A stretch of DNA of 64,000 nt from Halofilum sp. (in: g-proteobacteria) (lineage in GTDB: Bacteria; Pseudomonadota; Gammaproteobacteria; XJ16; Halofilaceae), in contig JBBEEB010000104.1 of the NCBI GenBank assembly GCA_040880995.1, positions 128-64,127 on the forward strand, written 5' to 3'. A model generated the notes under the pieces. The model was not told where the DNA came from, ran no database searches, and saw only the letters and a list, made by a program, of their open reading frames with translations. This document shows, piece by piece, positions 9,825 through 20,386 of the stretch (its first letter is position 1; each line of letters starts with the position of its first letter). The translations under genes and the position numbers were made by a program.

Positions 9825-9856
9825 TTGACTCCGTACCGGACTACGAGGTCTAGGCT
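9825..9856 (+). promoter_or_regulatory. MerR-type promoter 1 (-35 TTGACT, 20-bp spacer with dyad, -10 TAGGCT)
   Basis: TTGACT-CCGTACCGGACTACGAGGTC-TAGGCT, with a CGTA...TACG dyad as in merT-type operators. Confidence 0.6.
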
Positions 9857-9932
9857 CTACGCACGCGCCGGCGAGCGCTTCCGGCGAATCCACCGACCCG
9901 CGCAACGGGGACAGCGCGACATGCGGAAAGCC

Positions 9933-9964
9933 TTGACTCTGTAGCCGACTACGTACTTTAGAAT
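9933..9964 (+). promoter_or_regulatory. MerR-type promoter 2 (-35 TTGACT, 20-bp spacer with dyad, -10 TAGAAT)
   Basis: TTGACT-CTGTAGCCGACTACGTACTT-TAGAAT, with a GTAG-N4-CTAC dyad; 34 bp upstream of the regulator start. Confidence 0.75.
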
Positions 9965-9998
9965 CGGAAGTAGATCCACCACCGGAGCGGTACGCACC

Positions 9999-10401
9999 GT
10001 GACCACAATGACCATCGGCCGGCTCGCCAAGGCGACGGAAGTCGGCGTCGAGACGATCCGCTACTACGAACGGGAAGGCTTGCTCGAGCCGCCCGACCGC
10101 ACCGCCAGCGGCTATCGGCTTTATCCGCCGAAGGCGGTCGAGCGCCTCGGCTTCATCCGCCGGGCGAAGGCGCTCGGCTTCTCGCTCGCCGAGATCCGCG
10201 AGCTGCTCGGGCTGGCCGATCCGCGCGGCGACCGAGCCAAGGTGAAGGCGCTCACCGAGCACAAACTCGCCGAGATCGACCAGCGGATCGAAGAACTGCG
10301 CCGGATGCGCCAGGCGCTGGCCGGGCTCGACCGGCAATGCTCGGGCCACGGCCCGGTCGAAGGCTGTCCCATCATCGAAGCACTGACGCAGGAACACGGG
10401 C

Positions 10402-10409
<8 letters not shown>
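9999..10409 (+). CDS. MerR-family heavy-metal-responsive regulator
   Basis: TIGRLAK...[26 protein letters not shown] and a C-x8-C loop ([10 protein letters not shown]). Confidence 0.93.
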
Positions 10410-12831
<2,422 letters not shown>

Positions 12832-12903
12832 CCTGGGGCGATGTTCAGCCTATTTCCGTGTCCTAGCGGGCCTGACGCCGGCGTCGACACCGGGAGAGAG
12901 ACC

Positions 12904-13236
12904 ATGAAGATCGCAGCACCCATGACGCGCGGACTCGCGTTGGCGAGCGGCCTGACTGCGACCGCTCCCGCACTGGCTCAATCCGGCGCCGGCGGCTGGA
13001 ACCATCCCGGCATGATGGGCGGCGCCGGCTGGATCATGGGCCCGCTCATGATGTTTCTTTGGGTGGCCGTCACCGTGGGGATCGTCGCGCTGGTATTCCG
13101 CTGGCTCGGCGGCCCCGGCGACAGCGGGGCGCAACGCCCGATTTCGTCAGCCTGCAAGATCCTGGAGGAACGCTTCGCCCGCGGAGAAATCGACGAAGAG
13201 GAATTCCGCAAGCGCAAGCAGGCGCTCGAAGAGTAG
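12904..13236 (+). CDS. SHOCT domain membrane protein
   Basis: Met/Gly-rich region, one TM helix and C-terminal ILEERFARGEIDEEEF. GGAGAG precedes ATG 12904. Confidence 0.85.
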   Translation: MKIAAPMTRGLALASGLTATAPALAQSGAGGWNHPGMMGGAGWIMGPLMMFLWVAVTVGIVALVFRWLGGPGDSGAQRPISSACKILEERFARGEIDEEEFRKRKQALEE

Positions 13237-13251
13237 GCAGGGCCGACGCGG

Positions 13252-13689
13252 TCAGCCCCCGCCCTCCAGTTCCTGGACGCGGGCCTTGAGCGCCTTCATC
13301 TCCTGCCAGCGCGCGGTAACGTCTCGCAGCACAGCCGCGATGCCCACCATGGTGCCGCCTTCGTCATGCCACGGCACGACCGTGAATTCCAGCGAGACGC
13401 GATCTCCTGCCTTGGTCTGTCCCGGAACCGAGAGCAGATCGCCCGGCGCATAGCGGCTTTCGCCGCCGGCCATCACACGAAAATAGCCCTCCCAATGCGC
13501 CTCACGCAGCTTGGGCGGGATGATGATGTCGAGCGATTCGCCCACGGCCTCATCGGGCGTGAAGCCGAACATGCGCTCGGCACCTGCGTTCCAGAATCGA
13601 ATGAGGCCCTCGTGGTCGGAGTAGATCACCGCCTCGGCCGCGCTCCCGATGATGGCGCGGCCCAAGTCCGCAACTTCGTCTTGTTCCAA
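13252..13689 (-). CDS. Stand-alone PAS domain protein
   Basis: G.IRFWNAGAERMFG..EAVGESLDIIIP PAS signature. TTG start after AAGGAGAG. Confidence 0.85.
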   Translation of the reverse strand: MEQDEVADLGRAIIGSAAEAVIYSDHEGLIRFWNAGAERMFGFTPDEAVGESLDIIIPPKLREAHWEGYFRVMAGGESRYAPGDLLSVPGQTKAGDRVSLEFTVVPWHDEGGTMVGIAAVLRDVTARWQEMKALKARVQELEGGG

Positions 13690-13935
13690 TCGACTCTCCT
13701 TAGAGTTTTGCCTCGCGCAGTCGTCGGTTTGCGCGGGTCTAAGCGCCGGCCGGCGTCGTACCTCCTCATCCTTGACGGTTGCAAAACCAGTTCCTGGTAC
13801 GGCGCGCGGAGCCCAAGACGCCTTTGGCGAGATTTTCCCGGATTCCGCTTCGAGACTCGAAGAGTATTCTGCGCCGTTGCGAGGGAATGACCCAACCCGG
13901 TAGGTTCACGGTCCAGCCACATGCGAGAGGACGAA

Positions 13936-14679
13936 ATGACCAGCGAAACGCCCGAGCGCAGCCTGCGCCTCGGGATCCTGCAATGCGATTCGGTCGCGCC
14001 GGAGCTGCAGCCACAGTTCGGCGATTACCCGGATATGTTCAAGACCATGCTGGGGACGGGCGGACCGCCCATGACCTTCGCCGTCTACGATCTCACGCGC
14101 GACGAATTCCCCTCGGCGCCGGACGAGTGCGACGCCTGGTTGTTCACCGGCAGCGTCTGGAGCGCCTATGACGCCGACGAGTGGATCTCCCGCGCGCATG
14201 AGTTCGTCCGGGCGCTGCATGCAGAGCGCCGCCCGATGATCGGGATCTGCTTTGGCCACCAGCTCATCGCACGGGCGCTCGGCGGCGAGGTTGCCGCGGC
14301 GCAGGCCGGTTGGGGTGTCGGCGTCCACACCGCCTTTGTATCCGAGCACCCGCGGTGGATGGAGCCGCACCGGGAGAGTCTGCCGCTACTGGTCAGCCAC
14401 CAGGATCAGGTGTCACGCCCGCCCGAGGGCGCAACGGTGCTCGCCTCGCACGCTTTCTGCCCCTACGACATGCTACAGATCGACGAACACGTGCTGACCT
14501 TCCAGGGCCATCCGGAATTCGAGCCCGGCTACATCCGCGCGTTGATCGAGCGCCGACGCGAGGTCATCGGCGAACCGACCGCCCAGTCCGGCATCGACTC
14601 GCTGAGCGAGCCCACCGAGGGTGAGATTGCCCGAACCTGGATCCACAACTTCTTGCGCAATGCCGCGTCATGCGACTGA
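13936..14679 (+). CDS. Type 1 glutamine amidotransferase (GMP synthase-like)
   Basis: GICFGHQ nucleophile elbow and FQGHPEF His-x-Glu; GAGAGGA before ATG 13936. Confidence 0.9.
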   Translation: MTSETPERSLRLGILQCDSVAPELQPQFGDYPDMFKTMLGTGGPPMTFAVYDLTRDEFPSAPDECDAWLFTGSVWSAYDADEWISRAHEFVRALHAERRPMIGICFGHQLIARALGGEVAAAQAGWGVGVHTAFVSEHPRWMEPHRESLPLLVSHQDQVSRPPEGATVLASHAFCPYDMLQIDEHVLTFQGHPEFEPGYIRALIERRREVIGEPTAQSGIDSLSEPTEGEIARTWIHNFLRNAASCD

Positions 14680-14729
14680 ACGGGATGGTGGCCCGGCTCG
14701 TTTGGTAGCCCACCAGGCTGCTTCGTTCG

Positions 14730-14750
14730 TTCGCGGGCAAGCCCGCTCCT
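14730..14750 (-). repeat. REP-like repeat (AGGAGCGGGCTTGCCCGCGAA family)
   Basis: TTCGCGGGCAAGCCCGCTCCT is identical to 63828-63848. Confidence 0.65.
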
Positions 14751-14932
14751 TCATGGGCGTAGCCGGGTTCATATTCGGTTCGGGGCCGCCCGGCTGGCCG
14801 GACAGGGGAGCTCGCGAGGGCCGCCCTCCGACCGAGGCCATCACGGGTGCCCGCCGGTCCTTGGCTTTGTCCGCCGGCTAAGTCGGCGCCGCGCGTGTTT
14901 GACGAGCTTCCGCGCCGGAGAGCGTGGCCGGC

Positions 14933-16099
14933 TCAGACGCCCGCGGCGGCCGGGAACAAGCGGGGGAAATAAGCCTCGGCGGCGTAGGTAGGGAAAGCCA
15001 GGCGCAAGGGTGCGCGGTGGCTGCCGGCCTGAATCAGACCGCGATCGAGCAGGTCCCGGATGACCTCGCGGCCGGCGTCCTCGGACATGCCGAGCATGCG
15101 TGGCGCGTCGGAGCGTGCCACGCGTCCGCGTAACGCCATATCCCACAGCAGGTTGGCGGCCTCGGGCGGTATCTCCTCGTGAGCCTCGACGAACCGCCGT
15201 ACGCGCCGCTCCAGGCCTTCGATCTCAAGGCTACGCTGCATGAAGCGCACCTGTTCAAGGGCAGTGTCGACCATGAACTGACAGTAGGTCGCCAACTCCT
15301 GCTCGGTGTGACGGCCCTCGCCATCGCGCCCATCCGCAGCGGTGAGATACTGCTTGTAGAGCGCATCCGCACGCGCCAATCCCCGCGCCATCGACCACAG
15401 GCCGGCACCGTCCAGCCCTAACCGATGAAGATGGGCCTGCGTCATGATGCGGGCAACCCGGCCGTTGCCGTCGAGAAACGGCTGGATCCAAAGGAGCCGA
15501 TGGTGCGCGGAGAACACTGCCGCCAGATTCTCCGGGTGGTGCAGCCCTTCGATTTGATAGGCACCGACGAATGCGCGCATGAGCTTGTCGAGGTCCTGCA
15601 CGTCCGGCGTGGGGTGCCGGCCCACGATCACGCCCTTGGTGCGCAGCTCGCCGGGCTCCACCTTCAGCGTGCGCCCGCCCGGGGTTTCGATCACCCGAAA
15701 CTGTGCCGGCAGGCGTTCATAGAACAGGCGATGCACCCAGGAGAGAAAATCGGGCGAGGCCGGATCGAGCTCGGGGTCCTCGTGCAGCTGCTGGCGCACC
15801 AGACGCTCGACCTGTACGTGCGCCACGCCCTCGGCCTGGTAGTCACGCGCGTCTTCGGCATCCGACCAGCGCTCAGCCAGGCCATGCTCGATATCGCGCG
15901 GGAAGGTGTAATGGCCCTCGATCAGATTCGAATAGTAGGCATTGATCAGGGCAATGAGCTCGGCGATGCCCTCGCAGGTCTGCGGCGCGAGTGTGGCGCC
16001 CAGGCGATTGGTCTCGCGGACCAGGGCATCCGCGCTCGCGCGGAAGGCGTCGGACAAGGGCGGGCGAGTGGGGCGGAGAGGGCGATCGGCGCGCGACAT
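14933..16099 (-). CDS. Fic family protein with a non-canonical active-site motif
   Basis: YYSNLIEG and HHRLLWI-QPFLDGNGRVAR (canonical HPFxDGNGRxxR). Confidence 0.88.
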   Translation of the reverse strand: MSRADRPLRPTRPPLSDAFRASADALVRETNRLGATLAPQTCEGIAELIALINAYYSNLIEGHYTFPRDIEHGLAERWSDAEDARDYQAEGVAHVQVERLVRQQLHEDPELDPASPDFLSWVHRLFYERLPAQFRVIETPGGRTLKVEPGELRTKGVIVGRHPTPDVQDLDKLMRAFVGAYQIEGLHHPENLAAVFSAHHRLLWIQPFLDGNGRVARIMTQAHLHRLGLDGAGLWSMARGLARADALYKQYLTAADGRDGEGRHTEQELATYCQFMVDTALEQVRFMQRSLEIEGLERRVRRFVEAHEEIPPEAANLLWDMALRGRVARSDAPRMLGMSEDAGREVIRDLLDRGLIQAGSHRAPLRLAFPTYAAEAYFPRLFPAAAGV

Positions 16100-16295
16100 A
16101 AGCTTGTTCTTCAGTCGGTTCCGGATCGGAAAAGCGGCGAATTATACAGGAGGTTGCCAATGGAATGAGAACCACACCCCATTTTGGTCCATCAGGCGTC
16201 TATCGTCGCGCCAAACGCCCGCCGCAGACGGCGGCAGACGACCACCGCCCGACCGCCACCCCCCGCGCGGCGGCGTTCACGTACACTCGCGCACC

Positions 16296-17492
16296 ATGGC
16301 GGCACGTTCGGATGAGGCCCAGCACTGGGACGTCGTAATCCTCGGTGGCGGCGCGGCGGGGCTGTTCTGCGCCGCCGCGGCCGGCGCGCGCGGGCGCCGC
16401 GTGCGGGTGCTCGAACATGCCAACAAGGTCGGCAAAAAGATCCTCATGTCCGGCGGCGGCCGCTGCAACTTCACCAATATCCATAGTGGCCCCGAGCACT
16501 TCCTCTCGGCCAATCCAAACTTCGCAAAATCGGCCCTGGCGCGCTACACGCCCTGGCAGTTCGTCGACTTGGTCGAGCGCCACGGCATCCCGTACCACGA
16601 AAAGAAGCTCGGCCAGCTATTCTGCGATCGCTCGTCCCGGGACATCGTGCGGATGCTGCTCGACGAGTGCGCCGCCGTCGGCGCGGAGGTCCACACCCGA
16701 GCGCCCGTGCACGACATCGCGACCGGCCCACCGCACCGCCTGGAAACCGCGCTCGGCCCGCTGACCTGCGACTCGCTGGTCATCGCTACCGGCGGCTACT
16801 CGATCCCGAAGATGGGCGCGACCGGCTTTGGCATCGAGTTCGCCCGCTCGCTCGGCCTGGCGGTTCAGCCGACGCGCGCGGCGCTCGTACCGTTCACGCT
16901 CGACGGCGATGTGGGCGCGCAGCTAGGCGAACTCGCCGGCGTGTCCCTCGACGCCGTTGCGCGTGCCAACGGCACCGCATTCCGCGAGAACATCCTGTTT
17001 ACTCACAAAGGTCTGTCCGGCCCCGCGATCCTGCAGGTTTCGTCGTATTGGCAGCCGGGCGAGTCCGTCGAGGTCGACTTGCTACCGGAACTCGACATCG
17101 CCGAAGCGCTGCGCGCCGCGCGCCGCGAGCGCCCCAAGCGCCGACTGCGGAACCTGCTGGCCGAGTGGCTGCCCAACCGAGTGGCGCAACGCTGGTGCGA
17201 CTTGTGGCTGCCCGACAAGCCCGCCGGCGATCTCTCCGACGCCGACATCCGGCAAGTCGAAGCCGCAGTCCAGCCCTGGATCGTCGCGCCCTCCGGCACC
17301 GAGGGCTACCGCACGGCCGAAGTCACCCTGGGCGGCGTGGACACGAACGCGCTATCGTCGAAGACGATGGCCTGCAAGGATCATCCGGGCGTGTACTTCG
17401 TCGGCGAAGTGGTCGACGTCACCGGCCACCTGGGCGGGCACAATTTCCAGTGGGCCTGGGCCTCGGCACACGCCGCAGGCCAGTACGCCTGA
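16296..17492 (+). CDS. HI0933/YhiN-family NAD(P)/FAD-dependent oxidoreductase
   Basis: GGGAAG, GKKILMSGGGRCNFTN, LFTHKGLSGP, AEVTLGGV and GGHNFQWAW. Confidence 0.93.
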   Translation: MAARSDEAQHWDVVILGGGAAGLFCAAAAGARGRRVRVLEHANKVGKKILMSGGGRCNFTNIHSGPEHFLSANPNFAKSALARYTPWQFVDLVERHGIPYHEKKLGQLFCDRSSRDIVRMLLDECAAVGAEVHTRAPVHDIATGPPHRLETALGPLTCDSLVIATGGYSIPKMGATGFGIEFARSLGLAVQPTRAALVPFTLDGDVGAQLGELAGVSLDAVARANGTAFRENILFTHKGLSGPAILQVSSYWQPGESVEVDLLPELDIAEALRAARRERPKRRLRNLLAEWLPNRVAQRWCDLWLPDKPAGDLSDADIRQVEAAVQPWIVAPSGTEGYRTAEVTLGGVDTNALSSKTMACKDHPGVYFVGEVVDVTGHLGGHNFQWAWASAHAAGQYA

Positions 17493-17513
17493 GCGAGCGG
17501 AGGACCACGAACC

Positions 17514-17780
17514 ATGGCCAAAGGCTGGGCGAGCGAAGACGCTGTACAGGACCAGATCGACAGCACGGTCGAGGACGCGCTGCAACGTGCGCGGCAGAAT
17601 CTGCCGAAGGGCGAGAGCCTGGAAGAATGCGAGGAATGCGGCGCCGAGATCCCTCAGGCCCGCCGTGAGGCGCTGCCGGGCGTGCGCCTGTGCGTCGCTT
17701 GCCAGAGCAAACTCGACGATCAAGAACAGGCAACTAGCCTCTACAACCGGCGCGGGAGCAAGGACAGCCAGCTGCGGTGA
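17514..17780 (+). CDS. DksA/TraR family C4 zinc-finger protein (YbiI-like)
   Basis: CEECGAEIP.ARREALPGVRLCVACQ and C-terminal NRRGSKDSQLR. Confidence 0.92.
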   Translation: MAKGWASEDAVQDQIDSTVEDALQRARQNLPKGESLEECEECGAEIPQARREALPGVRLCVACQSKLDDQEQATSLYNRRGSKDSQLR

Positions 17781-17843
17781 GCTGGCGCCGGCGCCACGTC
17801 GGTCCGGTGATTCAGGCCATCGCACCGTTCGTTCGGCGCGGCG

Positions 17844-18548
17844 CTATCCGAGTGCGACGGAATCGCCGACCCTTGCGACTCCGGGCTGGATGACCGCCGC
17901 ATAGACGCCGAACATCAGATCGGCCCGGTTCCGGATGTGCCGCAACACCCGCGCGTCGCGCGGAAGCTCGTCCTGCGCCAGGCTCACCATGCCGCAACGC
18001 TCCGTCGGCGCGGTGATCTCCAGCACCAGATCGGCGCCTACGTATAGCCGGCGGCCCACCCAATCCTGTTCGAGCGGCTCCGATCCATCGGCCGCCAGCA
18101 GTATGTTCGGACGGAAGCGGCGTTCATCCGCCGCCACGTCCGGCAACTCGCGCGACAGCCACGCGAGCGACGCAGTCGTCAGCAGATGGACCGGGCTATC
18201 GTCGAGATGCGAACCGTCATCCGCACGCTCGAGCGTGACCGGCCACCCCAGCAGGGTCGATAGCCGCTCGTCGATGCGGGGGTCATCGGCCGCCATCTCG
18301 CTGCCGTCCGGCAGCGTCAGTCGCGCGCCCTGCCCCGCGTACCGCGCACGAAAGCGGAATAGCCCGTCGATTTTCCGAAATCCGCCGGCATTCTTGCCGC
18401 TCCCCAGGCACCCCGATGGTTCCCGAACCGCATAGCGGCGGTCGCCGACCACCCCGTGCCGCGCGACGTCGATGCTTCCCGCGCGCTGCCCGAGCATCGA
18501 CTTCACCGGATAACGCCAGACACGATCGACGTTGAGCGATACGCCCAT
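17844..18548 (-). CDS. MOSC domain protein
   Basis: WRYPVKSM, RRFRPN and conserved Cys in RCGMV. Start trimmed to MGVSLNV. Confidence 0.88.
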   Translation of the reverse strand: MGVSLNVDRVWRYPVKSMLGQRAGSIDVARHGVVGDRRYAVREPSGCLGSGKNAGGFRKIDGLFRFRARYAGQGARLTLPDGSEMAADDPRIDERLSTLLGWPVTLERADDGSHLDDSPVHLLTTASLAWLSRELPDVAADERRFRPNILLAADGSEPLEQDWVGRRLYVGADLVLEITAPTERCGMVSLAQDELPRDARVLRHIRNRADLMFGVYAAVIQPGVARVGDSVALG

Positions 18549-18835
18549 AAGGCCTCGAGGCAAGAGTGCTGTCGCGACAAACCACCGCAGCATACAACGG
18601 TAACCGTAGGATGCCGCCGCGACGATGGGAAAGACAACCGAAGACCAGAGGCGCCCGATCGACGCCACGCGGGCACTTTAGCTAGCCGTACCTAAGCCGC
18701 CTCACGACTCGATGATTCGACATGCTGTAACGCTATGGAACAAGTGAAATTCTAGATATGCTGTTTTTCGGACATACAGTTTAATACATAATACCAACCG
18801 TACTCAGCGATCATCCTCCAAGGGAGAGCAAGAAA

Positions 18836-18949
18836 ATGTCCGTTTCCGATATCAGCCGTGTTGAGAACTCCTCCGCTTCCTGGCTCGAGCTGGGCGAAGC
18901 CCTGGGCTCCTCGGTCCGCCGCGTGGTCGACCTCTGCACCGGCAAGTAA
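18836..18949 (+). CDS. Unannotated 37-aa small protein MSVSDISRVENSSASWLELGEALGSSVRRVVDLCTGK
   Basis: AAGGGAG RBS, AT-rich upstream region, host-like codon usage and a downstream hairpin. Below the ORF-track size cut-off. Confidence 0.55.
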   Translation: MSVSDISRVENSSASWLELGEALGSSVRRVVDLCTGK

Positions 18950-19041
18950 GACCCGTATCGCGGCACGCTGCGCCTCGATAGCGCGCGCCGCACTGGGTCA
19001 CCAATCGGTGACTGCAGGGGGAAACACTTGTAACGCTCTGG

Positions 19042-19085
19042 CGAAGCCCGATTCCCGCAGACGCGGAAATCGGGCTTTCGTGTTT
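19042..19085 (+). terminator. Intrinsic terminator-like hairpin
   Basis: CGAAGCCCGATTCCCGC-AGAC-GCGGAAATCGGGCTTTCG followed by TGTTT. Confidence 0.6.
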
Positions 19086-19306
19086 ATAAACGAAATCCAA
19101 TCTCCCCCGCCCCGTGGGGCGCCGCCATTCTGGCCGACCATCATGCGGGCACCCTCGCCTCCTAATCGGCAACCATCGGTTGCCCTTTTGCAAGCTAACT
19201 TCCGGGCGGAAACGCCACGATCACTGGCTCGTGAGTCGTCCGGCGCCGAGTCCGCAGCCGAGAATCCGGAATGTTGGACATGGGCGGGAGCGCTCATGAC
19301 CTCCGG

Positions 19307-20314
19307 TTAGGCGCTCAGGCAGGCCCGCAGGCGCTCGCCCACCGCCGCCCAGTCCGGAGCCGCGCCTTCGCGCGCGATGCACTCGACGCGGCTATCGGCG
19401 CGCCAGGCGCTGGGGCGCGTGGACAAGTCCGTGCCCACGCGGTCGACATGGAGCCAGCGATCGCAGCGGAATACGCCCTTGAGCCGCTCCACCGGAATCT
19501 CCTCCAGCACGGCCAGTAGGCGCCGCTGCTCAAAGCGGTCCGCGGGGTCGAAGATCCAGCCGCAGGCGTCGAGTCCCTGGCCGGTGTTGCCATAGCGAAG
19601 GGGCTGCCCCGGTTCGGGACGCCCGAGCGCCACGACGTGGCCATGGTCGTGCGCATGTTCGTGAGCATGGGCCTGGGGGTAGAGCGGCGTGCGGCCGGGA
19701 TCGGAGGGCAGCTCCAGCCAAGCCGGGTCGAGCTGACCGCGCTCGGCCACGGCCACGCGCGCCTTGGGCGGGAACAGGTTCACGGCCCATTCGCGGAAAT
19801 GCGCCACCGCGGCGGCGTCGCACAGATCGGCTTTATTGGCCACCAGCACCTCGGCCAACTCCACCTGATCCTGGAACACCTCGCGGCCGGTGATGCGCTC
19901 GTCGGCGAGCTGGCGCGGATCGATCAGGCAGACCGTGGCGCGCACGTCGAGCGCGGGGGCGAGGTCGCCCGTGCGCAGCGTGTCGAGTACGCGCGCGGGA
20001 TGGCCCACGCCGGTCGGCTCGATCAGCAGTCGGTCGGGGCGGGCCTGACGCAGCAGCCGCGTCAGTGTGACCTTGAGCGGGGCGCCCAGCGTGCAGCACA
20101 TACAGCCGCCGGGCAGCTCCTGGATGACCGCACGCTCGTCGCCGCCGATGGCGGCCGCATCGACACCCACCTCGCCGAATTCGTTGACCAGTACGGCCCA
20201 GCGTTCGCCCGCCGGCGCGCGCGCCAATAGCTCGCGAATCGCCGTGCTCTTGCCGACCCCGAGGAAGCCGGTGATCAGGTTGGTCGGTACGCGGGAGATT
20301 GCGTGCGCTGCCAT
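19307..20314 (-). CDS. COG0523/CobW-family G3E metallochaperone GTPase
   Basis: TGFLGVGKST, NEFGEVG, GCMCC, IEPTG, NKAD and a His-rich AHAHEHAHDHGH. Start at MAAHAIS. Confidence 0.92.
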   Translation of the reverse strand: MAAHAISRVPTNLITGFLGVGKSTAIRELLARAPAGERWAVLVNEFGEVGVDAAAIGGDERAVIQELPGGCMCCTLGAPLKVTLTRLLRQARPDRLLIEPTGVGHPARVLDTLRTGDLAPALDVRATVCLIDPRQLADERITGREVFQDQVELAEVLVANKADLCDAAAVAHFREWAVNLFPPKARVAVAERGQLDPAWLELPSDPGRTPLYPQAHAHEHAHDHGHVVALGRPEPGQPLRYGNTGQGLDACGWIFDPADRFEQRRLLAVLEEIPVERLKGVFRCDRWLHVDRVGTDLSTRPSAWRADSRVECIAREGAAPDWAAVGERLRACLSA

Positions 20315-20386
20315 ATCCAGATTCGTGCGCGGGCGAAGCGTATACGTTAGCACGCCCCGCCTCGCCGACTCGGCACCAGCGGAACT

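Noticed and set aside
18761-18779. CTGT...ACAG as a LexA box
   Set aside because: The spacer is 11 bp rather than the 8 bp of the gammaproteobacterial SOS box.
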